From SAR202 cluster bacterium bin87 (GTDB taxonomy: Bacteria > Chloroflexota > Dehalococcoidia > Lucifugimonadales > UBA3495): a stretch of DNA of 64,000 bases. Below the pieces are notes generated by a model. It saw only the letters and a list, made by a program, of their open reading frames with translations. It was not told the DNA's origin and did not search any database. The position numbers and the translations under genes were made by a program. The stretch covers positions 4,324-68,323 of the forward strand of contig MPNC01000017.1 of assembly GCA_002238825.1 (NCBI GenBank). The letters are read 5' to 3'. Positions 54,952-63,900 of this stretch are shown here, piece after piece (position 1 is the first letter of the stretch; each line of letters starts with the position of its first letter).

Positions 54952-56193
54952 ATGCCAGCAGGCGTGTATGGCAATCTGATCCGCGTGGACACCGCCATCG
55001 GAGCCGTCGAAGAGGTGCTGGAACGCCTTCCGCTCTACGCGGGCGTCGCCCAGGGCGGGGTCAGCGAGGACATCCTCCAGGACCTGCTGTTCCGTTTCCC
55101 ACGCGCACTTCCCATTTCCGCCGTCGACGCCACTTACGGCGAAGCCGTCCCGGTGTGCCGGGAACTGTCCACGCCCGCCGGCTATCTGGATGCGCTGTAC
55201 GTCAATCACCTGGGCCGGTTGACACTCGCCGAGTTCAAGCTGTGGCGCAATCCCCAGGCGCGGCGCGAAGTCATCGGACAGATCCTGGACTACGCCAAGG
55301 ACCTCGCTTCGTGGGGATACGAGGACCTGCAGAGCAGGGTATCTTTGGCCACCGGCAGGAAGGGCAACGCCCTCTACGACCTGGTCCGGGAGCATCACCC
55401 CGATTTGGACGAGGCGACATTCGTCGACAGCGTTACCCGCCACCTGCGGCGCGGTGAATTCCTGCTGCTCATCGTCGGCGACGGCATCCAGGAAGGCGCC
55501 GCCAACATCGTCGACTTCGTCCAGCGCCATAGCGGGTTGCACTTCAACCTGGCGCTGGTGGAGGCCGCGCTCTACCGCGACGGCGCCCATCGCCTCATCG
55601 TTCAACCCCGGGTCCTGGCCCAGACCGAAATCGTCCAGCGTTTCGTCGTCGACGGTAGCGTTGAACGGGTCGTCACTATGGATGATGACGACAACCAACA
55701 GGAGACCCTTTCGGACCAGGAGGAGGAGAACCTGCGGTTCTGGACCGCCGTGCTTCGGGACTACGCTTTCGCCGACATCACCGCAGAAGTTCCCGCGCCG
55801 GTCAAAGACTCATCGCTGTACGTTACCGTGCGCCATTCCGGCTTTTCCGGTTGGGGTCTCTGCTTCGGGGGATATATTCATCGCAGACAGTCGGCTGTTG
55901 GCTGTTACCTCACCGCGCGGAAGGACCAGGCACGCGACGTCCGCATCTTCGACGAGCTCGCGGCGTCCTTCGAGGAACTGCGGGCGGAGATGGGCGACGA
56001 CCTCCAGCACTGGACCAATGCGGCCGGCCGCCCCAGGATCGGCTTCAGTCGACCGGCCGGCCTGGCTTTTCTGGCGCATGACGAGGAGAGCAGCGATTTC
56101 CGTGACGCAGTCTTATGGATGCGCGACCGCCTGGACCGGCTGGTCAGCACGATCAATCCCAAGCTGCAGGCCAGGCTCGCCGAAGACCGGTGA
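54952..56193 (+). CDS. PD-(D/E)xK nuclease-like protein with a DUF4268-like C-terminal half
   Basis: Start MPAGVYGNLIR after GAGGTGAA. GYLDALYVNHLGRLTLAEFKLWRNPQARREVIGQILDY gives the D...E-x-K pattern. The C-terminal-half assignment is from memory. Confidence 0.6.
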   Translation: MPAGVYGNLIRVDTAIGAVEEVLERLPLYAGVAQGGVSEDILQDLLFRFPRALPISAVDATYGEAVPVCRELSTPAGYLDALYVNHLGRLTLAEFKLWRNPQARREVIGQILDYAKDLASWGYEDLQSRVSLATGRKGNALYDLVREHHPDLDEATFVDSVTRHLRRGEFLLLIVGDGIQEGAANIVDFVQRHSGLHFNLALVEAALYRDGAHRLIVQPRVLAQTEIVQRFVVDGSVERVVTMDDDDNQQETLSDQEEENLRFWTAVLRDYAFADITAEVPAPVKDSSLYVTVRHSGFSGWGLCFGGYIHRRQSAVGCYLTARKDQARDVRIFDELAASFEELRAEMGDDLQHWTNAAGRPRIGFSRPAGLAFLAHDEESSDFRDAVLWMRDRLDRLVSTINPKLQARLAEDR

Positions 56194-56256
56194 GGCGGCC
56201 ACAAAGCACGCGAGCATCCACCCCCTGAGATCTCCCCAGAACTCCGCAGGCCTCAG

Positions 56257-56454
56257 TTGTTCAATACCGACGTTCACGCGGAGACCACCACCGATGATAC
56301 GCAGCCGGTGAAGCTCGCCTTCTCCGGCACTCCTGATGTGGGGTTCGCCATGCGGCGGGAGGTCAGCGACATTCCTGCCAAGGTGGTTCGCCGCGTCTGG
56401 AACGAGGGTCTCCGCGGCTACGAGATCGTGCAGCGCCACCACGACGCCCGCTGA
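56257..56454 (+). pseudogene. 3' fragment paralogous to 54547-54807
   Basis: VHAETTTDDTQPVKLAFSGTPDVGFAMRREVSDIPAKVVRRVWNEGLRGYE compares with LHVEITTDETDLVKLTFSGTPSVGYPLRREVRDIPGEVIRRVWNEGLRDHE. Confidence 0.65.
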
Positions 56455-56465
56455 CCCTGCGGCGC

Positions 56466-57657
56466 TCATCCGTTGGCGCCGCCCTGCCTGCCGTTGTCGT
56501 CTCCGGTTCCGGGCAGCGCCTGGACCGCCGGCACGGACGTCAGGCCGTCGGGCAACTGCAGCTTGCGGACCGGGTAGTTGATCGTGATCCCCTCAGCCGC
56601 CAGCCGAGAGTGCAGTTCTTCGATCAGCTCGCTGCGCACCTCGAAACCCGCAACCCGATTGCGCGCCCGGATAATCATGTGGAAATTGATGTTGCTCTCC
56701 CCAAAAGCCTCGTACCGGAAGACGGGCTCGCTCTCCGGGTCCGCCCCCGGGCACTCCCGGCGCAACGTCTCCATCACCTCCAGGCTCACCGCCCTCACCC
56801 GCTTCAAGTCGCTCTCGTAGGCCACGCCGCAGGACACCACCACGTCCAGGGGATCCTCCGGCTTGCTGAAGTTCGTGATGATGGTCTCCGCAAACAGCGA
56901 ATTGGGCACCACCACCAGGTTGTTGGCCCAGGTGCGCAGCCGCGTGCTGCGCCAGCTCACGTCCACCACGTAGCCATCGATGCCCCACGTAGCCATCAAT
57001 GCCGTTGGACATCTCGACGTAGTCGCCCACGCTGATCAGCCCCTCCGTAACCACGTAGGTTCCGGCGAAGAGGTTGGCCAGCGTGGGCTGCAGCGCCAGC
57101 GCTACCGCCAGACCGGCGATGCCCAGGCCCGCCACCAGGGGACTGATGTTGATCCCCAGAATGTCCAGGCACACCATGGCCGCCACCGCGATCACAAACC
57201 CCAGCACCCCGCGGCGGACCAGCGGGAACATCCACCCCTCCCCGCGGTCCGGATGGGAACGATGCAGGTGGATCTGCAGCCACAGCAGGGTTGCCGAGGC
57301 GACGCCGTTGACCAGGGAGGCCCCGATCAGCACCGCGATCACCCCGCTGGTCTTGTTCACCACCACCTGCACCGCCGGCGGCGGCGACAGCACCGTCAGC
57401 GCCACGTAGATGCCCGACAGCACGATGAAGGCCGCAAAGGGCAGCCGGATCGCGGCCGCCGTCTTCACGTCGAAATCCACGCTGGACATGATCGAAAGCC
57501 GCAGCAGCCGTCGGAAGACCAGCGTGCTGAACAGTATGGCGATGACGATGGCCACCACCACGATGACGCCGCTGATCAGCAGGTCAACCCAGGTCGTGCC
57601 GGACCCGGCGGCCCAGTGGGACATGGCCTGCCACCAATCGCGGAAAAATTCGCTCAT
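56466..57657 (-). pseudogene. MscS-family mechanosensitive channel disrupted by a 19-bp tandem duplication
   Basis: The N-terminal frame reads ...LQPTLANLFAGTYVVTEGLISVGDYVEMSNGIDGYVG then nonsense. A second frame resumes at GIDGYVVDVSWRSTRLRTWANNLVVVPNSLFAETIITNFS. Confidence 0.8.
56967..57004. repeat. 19-bp tandem duplication (one mismatch)
   Basis: CCACGTAGCCATCGATGCC followed directly by CCACGTAGCCATCAATGCC. Confidence 0.9.
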
Positions 57658-57835
57658 AAGCCTCAGTCCCAAATCTCAGTCCCGATGCCTGGATTTGCTC
57701 AGCGACCCGTAACGCTGGCGGGTGAATATTACCCAAATGCCACGCTGCCGCGGTTCCGAGACCATCCACCGTCCCGGCAGAGCTTGTTGATCCTATGATC
57801 CGGGGCCCGACGATCCGGTCAATCCCGCGATCCGT

Positions 57836-59380
57836 TCAATCCAGGTAGTCCCGCAGCTGGCTCGACCGGGCCGGATGGCGCAGCTTCCGGATCGCTCTCG
57901 CCTCGATCTGCCGGACCCGCTCCCGGGTCACCCCGAACACCTTCCCCACCTCCTCCAGCGTCTGCGGGTCGCCGCCGTCCAGCCCATAGCGCAGCCGCAG
58001 CACCCGGCTCTCACGGTCCCCCAACGCATCCAGCGCCTCCCGCAGCTGTTCCCTCAGCAGGCTCTCCGACACCGTATCCTCCGGGGGCGGACTGCTCCGG
58101 TCCTCAATGAGATCCCCCAGGAACGCGTCCCCGTCCTCTCCCACCGGCAGATCCAGCGATACCGCCTCCCGAGCCGCCCTGCGCGCCTGCATGATCCTCT
58201 CCAGGCTCATTCCCAGCGCCTCGGCCAACTCACCGTCCGTGGCGTCCCGTCCCAGCTCCTGCGCCATGGCCCGTTCCTGCCGCACCAGCCTGTTGATGGT
58301 CTCCACCAGGTGCACCGGTACCCGTATCGTCCGGCCCTGGTTGGCCACGGCTCGGGTCACCGACTGCCGGATCCACCAGGTGGCGTAGGTGCTGAACTTG
58401 TACCCCCGCCGGTGGTCGAACTTCTCCACTCCTCGGATCAGCCCCAGGTTGCCCTCCTGGACCAGGTCCAGAAACGCCACCCCGCGGTTCTGGTACTTTC
58501 CCGCCACGCTGACCACCAGCCGCAGATTGGCCTCCGCCAGGTGGTCGTAAGCCCGCCTCCCCGCCTCACCGGCCCCCTCGAAGTGCCCGGCAATCTCATC
58601 ATCCGCTGCCTCCACCCGCTGGCTCAGCTCCGGATCCCCCAGCATTCGGGACAGCAGGGTCAGGGTGCACCGGTCCGAGTCCTCGGAGTTGTCGGGATGC
58701 AGCTCCGCCCACACCGGCACGTAGGCCGCGACAACTCCCGCCGCCGCCCGCGGCAGCGCCCGCGTGTCCCGGGACAGCCTCACCATGCGCTCGCGGGCGT
58801 CTTCCTCGGTCATGCCCAGATCCCTGGCCGCCCGTTCCACCAGCTCGGGGCTGATCACTCCGTCGATGGCGGCCCTGAACCGCGGATGCTCACACACGTC
58901 CTCCAGCGTCGGTGCGTCGCTCAACTCCAGGTGGCGGGCCACGGTCCGGGCCACCGGTCCGGCCCTGGCAACGCGGGCCAGGAGCAGCATGGCCTTCTCC
59001 CAGGGCGCAGCCGCAGGCGCGCCATCGGCGCCAGCATCCTCTCCGCAGTCGTCGCCCAGCCCCCGGGCCAGTTCCCGCTCCAGCTCCTCCAGGTGGCTGG
59101 CCAGTTCAATCTCTGCGGCCAGCGTGCTTTCCTCCGCCGCGGTCAGCAGCTCCACCCGGCCGATCTCCCGCATATACAAGCCCACCGGGTCCTCGGCAAC
59201 CTCGGCGTCAATGGCGGCAATCTCGGCCTCGAACCGGTCCCAGTCCTCCCCGGCGCCGCCTCGCCCCGCGCCATGGACGTCAGTTATCACCACCGCCTCG
59301 CCAGCCGGATGGCCGTCCCTGGCGACATCGGCAGCATCTTCCCGGGTAACCGCCACGTCGTCGACACCAACCCTAACCAT
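57836..59380 (-). CDS. sigma-70 family (group 1/2-like) RNA polymerase sigma factor
   Basis: Likely start MVRVGVDD after GGAGG. It has region 1.2 [16 protein letters not shown], an insertion, region 2 [37 protein letters not shown], and region 4 [23 protein letters not shown]. Confidence 0.85.
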   Translation of the reverse strand: MVRVGVDDVAVTREDAADVARDGHPAGEAVVITDVHGAGRGGAGEDWDRFEAEIAAIDAEVAEDPVGLYMREIGRVELLTAAEESTLAAEIELASHLEELERELARGLGDDCGEDAGADGAPAAAPWEKAMLLLARVARAGPVARTVARHLELSDAPTLEDVCEHPRFRAAIDGVISPELVERAARDLGMTEEDARERMVRLSRDTRALPRAAAGVVAAYVPVWAELHPDNSEDSDRCTLTLLSRMLGDPELSQRVEAADDEIAGHFEGAGEAGRRAYDHLAEANLRLVVSVAGKYQNRGVAFLDLVQEGNLGLIRGVEKFDHRRGYKFSTYATWWIRQSVTRAVANQGRTIRVPVHLVETINRLVRQERAMAQELGRDATDGELAEALGMSLERIMQARRAAREAVSLDLPVGEDGDAFLGDLIEDRSSPPPEDTVSESLLREQLREALDALGDRESRVLRLRYGLDGGDPQTLEEVGKVFGVTRERVRQIEARAIRKLRHPARSSQLRDYLD

Positions 59381-60034
59381 ACGGTTTCGCCTCCATGGAT
59401 TTTTCGGCGCACTGCGACGACCGCGGATCCCTATCCGCACCCTTTTCCCACGCCGCTGTCGATGGCCGCCGTCCCTGGCAGTCCCTGCTTGGACTTGACC
59501 CATCTGGTCGATCCTCTCTGAAACGGGACACCAAAACACGCCTCTCTCGGGTGTGCGCCTCCGCCTGTCACAACGTCTCGTCGCCAATCTCCCGGTGATA
59601 ACGGGCCAGCCGGCGGCCGGCGAGCTCCGCCTGCTGCGCATCCACCATCACCCCCGTACTGATGTTGTGAGTTCGCAACTCCGCCATCTTCATGCGGAAC
59701 CCCTCGGGGCCCTGGGTCGCCTTCACACGGTTTCGGTAGCCAGGATACGTCCCAAGTGCTTAGCCATCACCCGTACGATGTGGGGCCGCAGGCTGGTGGC
59801 TGCCTTGACCAATTACATTCCTCCGTCGTCGCCGCGTCTTCGAGACAATCCCAATTTTAGTCACCTACTGACCAAGGTAGAGGGTCACCGATTTTCACGG
59901 TGGTGACATGAATGGGTGATACTACCAGAAGGTGAATCGGCCAGTTAGCCGAATCACGGCCTCATAGTTGTACCAAATCATGGTGCCACTTGGATTGGAG
60001 TATCCGGCACACTCGAAAAAGCGGTTTCGGAAAA

Positions 60035-60106
60035 GCCGGCCCGGTTCCCGGTCCAGATTGAATTAGATTAAGAAGATATGTTAAGTTAACCGGGAACCGG
60101 GCCGGC
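60035..60106. repeat. perfect 18-bp inverted repeat with a 36-nt AT-rich loop, followed by a (GC)n run
   Basis: GCCGGCCCGGTTCCCGGT (60035-60052) pairs with ACCGGGAACCGGGCCGGC (60089-60106). The right arm encodes the last residues of the 60081-61376 ORF. An alternating GCGCGCGCGCGCGCG run follows. Confidence 0.85.
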
Positions 60107-61376
60107 GCGCGCGCGCGCGTGGTGACTGTATTCCTCTAGCTCCCAAGGCATCGTTAAGTTTGCGAGGAGCTTCTGAGTAATTCAACTGCAGCTGGTTCGG
60201 CCCATAGAACTCCCCAACCAAAGTATTCCACAGGCGAGAGCATTTCCCTGTACCACGGCAGTAGTAAGTGGTCCCAGGCAGGGATTTCATGCATTCCCAA
60301 GTGGTTAACTCCATCGTCCCTTCTCCGCACTCGGGACATGGCGTTGGTGCTTTCTCGACTGGACCGGTAGAACTGATTTCCTGGTCTAGTCTCTTCGGGT
60401 CCAAGCACTTATCCGGTTGAACCACGTACCTGACTCGGAGGGTGCTGCCATAAATCTGTGCCACAGCATCGCAGACGATGCTGTGGTGGAGTGGTAAAGA
60501 CAGCCACTCCACGGCGAAGGATGACCGTGTTGCGACGACCAGTTCGTCGGTCGTTATCCCCACCCCGACCGTGGGCGCCACAAAGTCAGCGTAAGGCCCT
60601 GCAGGCAGAACTTGCCTGATCTCGGACAGCACTGCAAGCCAGGTACTGTCTGCTACTGGTGCAGTTTTCAACGCTTCTGATGGATCAATGGCACGGTTCG
60701 CCGGGGCTTCTCCGATTGTTTCTTCCGCACTGCGTGCCGGCTTCACCTGCGCTTCACCTGCGCTTCGCCCGCGCTTCGGGATCTCCCCGTCAACATTTGC
60801 TTCGTCGGCTGGACGCGGTTTATCAGGCATCCCCTCCGGAATGTGTTCTTCCGCACTGCGTGCTGGCTCCGCCTGCGCTTCACCTGCGCTTCGCCTGCGT
60901 TTCGGGATCTCTTCGTCAACATGTACTTCGTCGGGCTCTCCAGTTGATCGTGGTCCCTGGCCCTCTGGAGCGCTCATATCGGTATGTGGTTTCCGGCTTT
61001 CCCCTGCGGTTGCACCACCCGTATCCATTTCCTGCCGGAGCGCATGCTTTTTGGGAGACATGGCCGCTATCATTGGCATCTGGACATCTGCTTTTATGGT
61101 ACGGTACCCGTAGTCGTTACCACGCCGGATTATTTCCAGGCACCCTTCTACTTTCAATTGGTTTATGGCCGCCGATAAAGTCTGGGGCGCGACTTCCAAG
61201 AAATCCGCCAGGTCTTTCTGTATGAGCCACACCGGTTCTGACGTCTGCTCACACAGCTCGTCGATGACCTCGAGGACCCTGTCCGCCACTAGCCTACTGG
61301 GCGGTTTGGTAGACGCCACGAAGGTCTTGCCGTTCCTGGTAACCGAAACCTGGCTTACATCTGGGCGGCGTGTCAT
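60081..61376 (-). CDS. replication-initiator-like protein (wHTH, internal duplication, DnaA-N-like segment, zinc ribbon)
   Basis: 431-aa ORF. It has an N-terminal wHTH (IQKDLADFLEVAPQTLSAAINQLKVEGCLEI), an acidic duplicated linker, WLAVLSEIRQVL...FAVEWLS, and CPECGEG...YYCRGTGKC. The function is inferred from the plasmid-like context. Confidence 0.5.
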   Translation of the reverse strand: MTRRPDVSQVSVTRNGKTFVASTKPPSRLVADRVLEVIDELCEQTSEPVWLIQKDLADFLEVAPQTLSAAINQLKVEGCLEIIRRGNDYGYRTIKADVQMPMIAAMSPKKHALRQEMDTGGATAGESRKPHTDMSAPEGQGPRSTGEPDEVHVDEEIPKRRRSAGEAQAEPARSAEEHIPEGMPDKPRPADEANVDGEIPKRGRSAGEAQVKPARSAEETIGEAPANRAIDPSEALKTAPVADSTWLAVLSEIRQVLPAGPYADFVAPTVGVGITTDELVVATRSSFAVEWLSLPLHHSIVCDAVAQIYGSTLRVRYVVQPDKCLDPKRLDQEISSTGPVEKAPTPCPECGEGTMELTTWECMKSLPGTTYYCRGTGKCSRLWNTLVGEFYGPNQLQLNYSEAPRKLNDALGARGIQSPRARARRPGSRLT

Positions 61377-61610
61377 ATTGCCTTACCGAATTACGCCGCT
61401 CTGAGGTTCAAGAGTTGCCGGCGGCACCGCGGATCGCCCGCCCGCTCACTGGCACGGACCGACCCCGGAGTTGCCGCCAGGCTTGGGCACTTGCTACCCG
61501 GATTGCCCTGTGTTATCTTTGGCAATGAAATACCCTTTCTGAGCTGCGCATCAGGGTGCGAAAGCACTCCGACGGAGCACTCCTTTTACGCTTAGGGGGA
61601 GGGGGTATCT

Positions 61611-61650
61611 AGGCCAATCTGCCCTGGAAAAGTCGATTGGCCTTTTCTTT
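61611..61650 (+). terminator. rho-independent-type terminator oriented against the flanking genes
   Basis: AGGCCAATC-15 nt loop-GATTGGCCT followed by TTTCTTT. The T-tract is present only on the + strand. Confidence 0.5.
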
Positions 61651-61656
61651 ATGTCA

Positions 61657-61878
61657 TCACGGGTGGTGTCCGTTCAATTTCTCCAGCCCGGGCTGGCCGC
61701 CGTTATCCTGATCGCAATCCGGTTCGACCTCGCGCAGATAGTGGGCAATCGCTAGGCGAACTACCTCCGACGGCCTCAACCCATCGCGCTCTGCGATGCG
61801 CTCAATACGCTCGTAGCTTTTGATATCTACGCTGGCGCGCGCCTGTTTCCTTTTCGCTTTCGTGGTCGTCATCGTCAT
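61657..61878 (-). CDS. RHH (CopG-like) protein
   Basis: Likely start MTMTTTKAKRK. SVDIKSYERIERIAERDGLRPSEVVRLAIAHYL is RHH-like. Confidence 0.55.
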   Translation of the reverse strand: MTMTTTKAKRKQARASVDIKSYERIERIAERDGLRPSEVVRLAIAHYLREVEPDCDQDNGGQPGLEKLNGHHP

Positions 61879-62076
61879 ACTCGAGGATTGTTTCGCTAGG
61901 CCACTTATCCCTTCGCTGTCAAAATTTATCATAAACGCGCTAAAAATAGCAAAGCGTTCAGATGACATAAACGATACTAACCGCCCGGTTTTGCGCTGTC
62001 AACCTTCCGAAAAATGGTTCGCACATTCGAGTGTCCGAAAGCCCAAATTTAGGCGTTGCCAATCTTGTGAGGACGG

Positions 62077-62442
62077 TCAGGTACCGGGTTGGCTTAAGCC
62101 TCGTCTGTCCAGCCACTCTTGGAACGCTTCCTCCGCAATGGCTGATAGTTTCATGTCGAGAATGGTCCCAGCGAGTTGTACATCTCGGCGCAGCTGTACG
62201 GTAAGGTACACGGTCAATCGTCGTTTGTTGGCCACGTCGTCGGCCTTAGACATCAACCCGTAAGCCGACCGGCTTCTCCTCATCTCCCAGCCACGATTCT
62301 CCAGGAAGGCGCGGATGGTATCGTCATCCATCTCCTCAATCGCGTTGGGGACGGGATCTGCTTCAGGTTCTCCCAGTTCTCTTACTGCCGGCTGGCCTCG
62401 TTTCGTCAGGGCTTCCAGCGTCGTCACCTTTTCGTCAGGCAT
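62077..62442 (-). CDS. ParG/CopG-like RHH partner of ParA
   Basis: 121 aa. The C-terminal KRRLTVYLTVQLRRDVQLAGTILDMKLSAIAEEAFQEWL is RHH-like. Its start overlaps the parA stop by 8 nt. Confidence 0.55.
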   Translation of the reverse strand: MPDEKVTTLEALTKRGQPAVRELGEPEADPVPNAIEEMDDDTIRAFLENRGWEMRRSRSAYGLMSKADDVANKRRLTVYLTVQLRRDVQLAGTILDMKLSAIAEEAFQEWLDRRGLSQPGT

Positions 62443-63115
62443 GAATCGGCTCCTTCACCGTTTGATGTTTGCTGCGGATGTCTATCCTTTTTTCTAGCCA
62501 ACTCCAGAACGTCTGAATTTCTTCCGCCGCGGGGCTTCCGGGGGCATATTCGCATACCGCCTGTCCCGCTAGAGTGGCATCCCAGTGACTGACCCGTCTG
62601 ACCAAAGCCACGGGCGCAATCTCTATACCCATGCCCGTGAGCGTTGTCAGCAGGATTTGGCGTCGCGCCTTGATAGCCGGGAGGTTGTTCGGCACCAGAA
62701 TCATCTCCCAGTTATGTAATATTCCCTTGTGGACCAATTTGGCTGTGGTCATGATCTCGAACGGTGCTGCTGTGATCGGTATCAGCAACAGGTCCATGGC
62801 AGACAACGCCTGATCCATGGTGAATGTGTCAGCTCCCGGTAGGTCGCATATCACTAGGTCATACTTGTCGCCTTGCGATATCTGCCTCAGTGCCTCTATT
62901 CCTTCAATGGTGAGCGACCCTTTCACAACCTCGATCCGAGGCGCCTCTGGCCTCAGGCTGTTTCGGATGTCAATCTGCTCGATGATAGTCAACTGGGGGT
63001 CGAAGTCGCACAGTAGCGTTTTTAAGCCTGCAGATTCAGCCCGCTCGGCGGTGTTGAATGCCAGAAGGCTCTTGCCGGTGCCTCCTTTCCAGGAGGCGAA
63101 CCCTATTGTCGTCAT
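62435..63115 (-). CDS. parA: ParA/Soj-type partition ATPase
   Basis: 226 aa with the deviant Walker A SWKGGTGKS, then LLCDFDPQ. Confidence 0.85.
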   Translation of the reverse strand: MTTIGFASWKGGTGKSLLAFNTAERAESAGLKTLLCDFDPQLTIIEQIDIRNSLRPEAPRIEVVKGSLTIEGIEALRQISQGDKYDLVICDLPGADTFTMDQALSAMDLLLIPITAAPFEIMTTAKLVHKGILHNWEMILVPNNLPAIKARRQILLTTLTGMGIEIAPVALVRRVSHWDATLAGQAVCEYAPGSPAAEEIQTFWSWLEKRIDIRSKHQTVKEPIHA

Positions 63116-63589
63116 ACTCCCTGCCTTTGCCGCAGCTTTGGTGACTTGTCACCACGAATGGGTGATTAGGCCAATGTGCCATTTCGGCAGTTTGCCTGTG
63201 CTCAGTATCAACTGATGGCTTGTGGGTAGATTAGCAAGGAGGTTGATCGTTGCGCCTAGCGCGGTTGCTGCAAGTTTCGCGTATTGTCCAAATGCCAGTC
63301 CATCTACCGCCGGCACAGTTTGTCGGGAGCACTGCGACAATCAACTTCCGCCCGCGACGAGATCCCCAACTGATTACTGAACTGACCGGCGAGCATCTCG
63401 TACCAGATCGTGTTGTCGTCATACTCCCTGCCTTTGCCGCGACTTTGATGATTTATCACCATGAATGGGCGAATAAGCCAATGTGCCATTTCGGAGGTTT
63501 GCCTGTGTTCCGTATCACCAGTTGGCTTGCAGGTAGATTAGCAAGGAGGTTGATCTTTGCGCTTAACGCGTTTGCTGCAAGTTTCGCGT
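63106..63589. repeat. two copies of a 177-bp direct repeat (63106-63282, 63413-63589; offset 307 bp)
   Basis: Both copies begin TTGTCGTCATACTCCCTGCCTTTGCCGC and end GCTGCAAGTTTCGCGT, with scattered mismatches. Each carries a minus-strand ATG(MTT..) and a plus-strand AAGGAGG-n8-TTG start. Confidence 0.85.
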
Positions 63590-63900
63590 GTCATCCAAGG
63601 GCTCGGAAACGACCTCCCGCGCCGGAAAAATATCCCCTCATACAGGTCTGATAAGGGAGATTTATCGGATGTTTATCGGTGGGCTGGTCGAGCTGGGCCG
63701 GCGACGGGTCACGCGGAGGCGGACGCCGATGACCGTCACCTCGCCGACACCGTTCTGGGTGAAGCCGGCCACAAATCGCCCGTGCGGGAGGGGTGCGCGG
63801 CCAACGTCATCCACTTCCGGCCCCCCGCGACGTAAACGTTGGTAACATTGATTGATCAACCCGGTTTCCAACCACCGGGCATCCTCACCCAGGAGAGTGC

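Noticed and set aside
54433-55698. 421-aa minus-strand ORF
   Set aside because: It is antisense to the PD-(D/E)xK gene and the small gene, and it has no motifs or RBS.
57875-59521. 548-aa plus-strand ORF
   Set aside because: It is antisense to the sigma-70 gene, and its product is P/R/L/H/Q-rich nonsense.
59553-59906. 117-aa plus-strand ORF, and the minus-strand reading ...[51 protein letters not shown]
   Set aside because: Neither has a credible start or RBS or a family match. This may be a gene fragment at the boundary with the plasmid-like module, but it cannot be supported.
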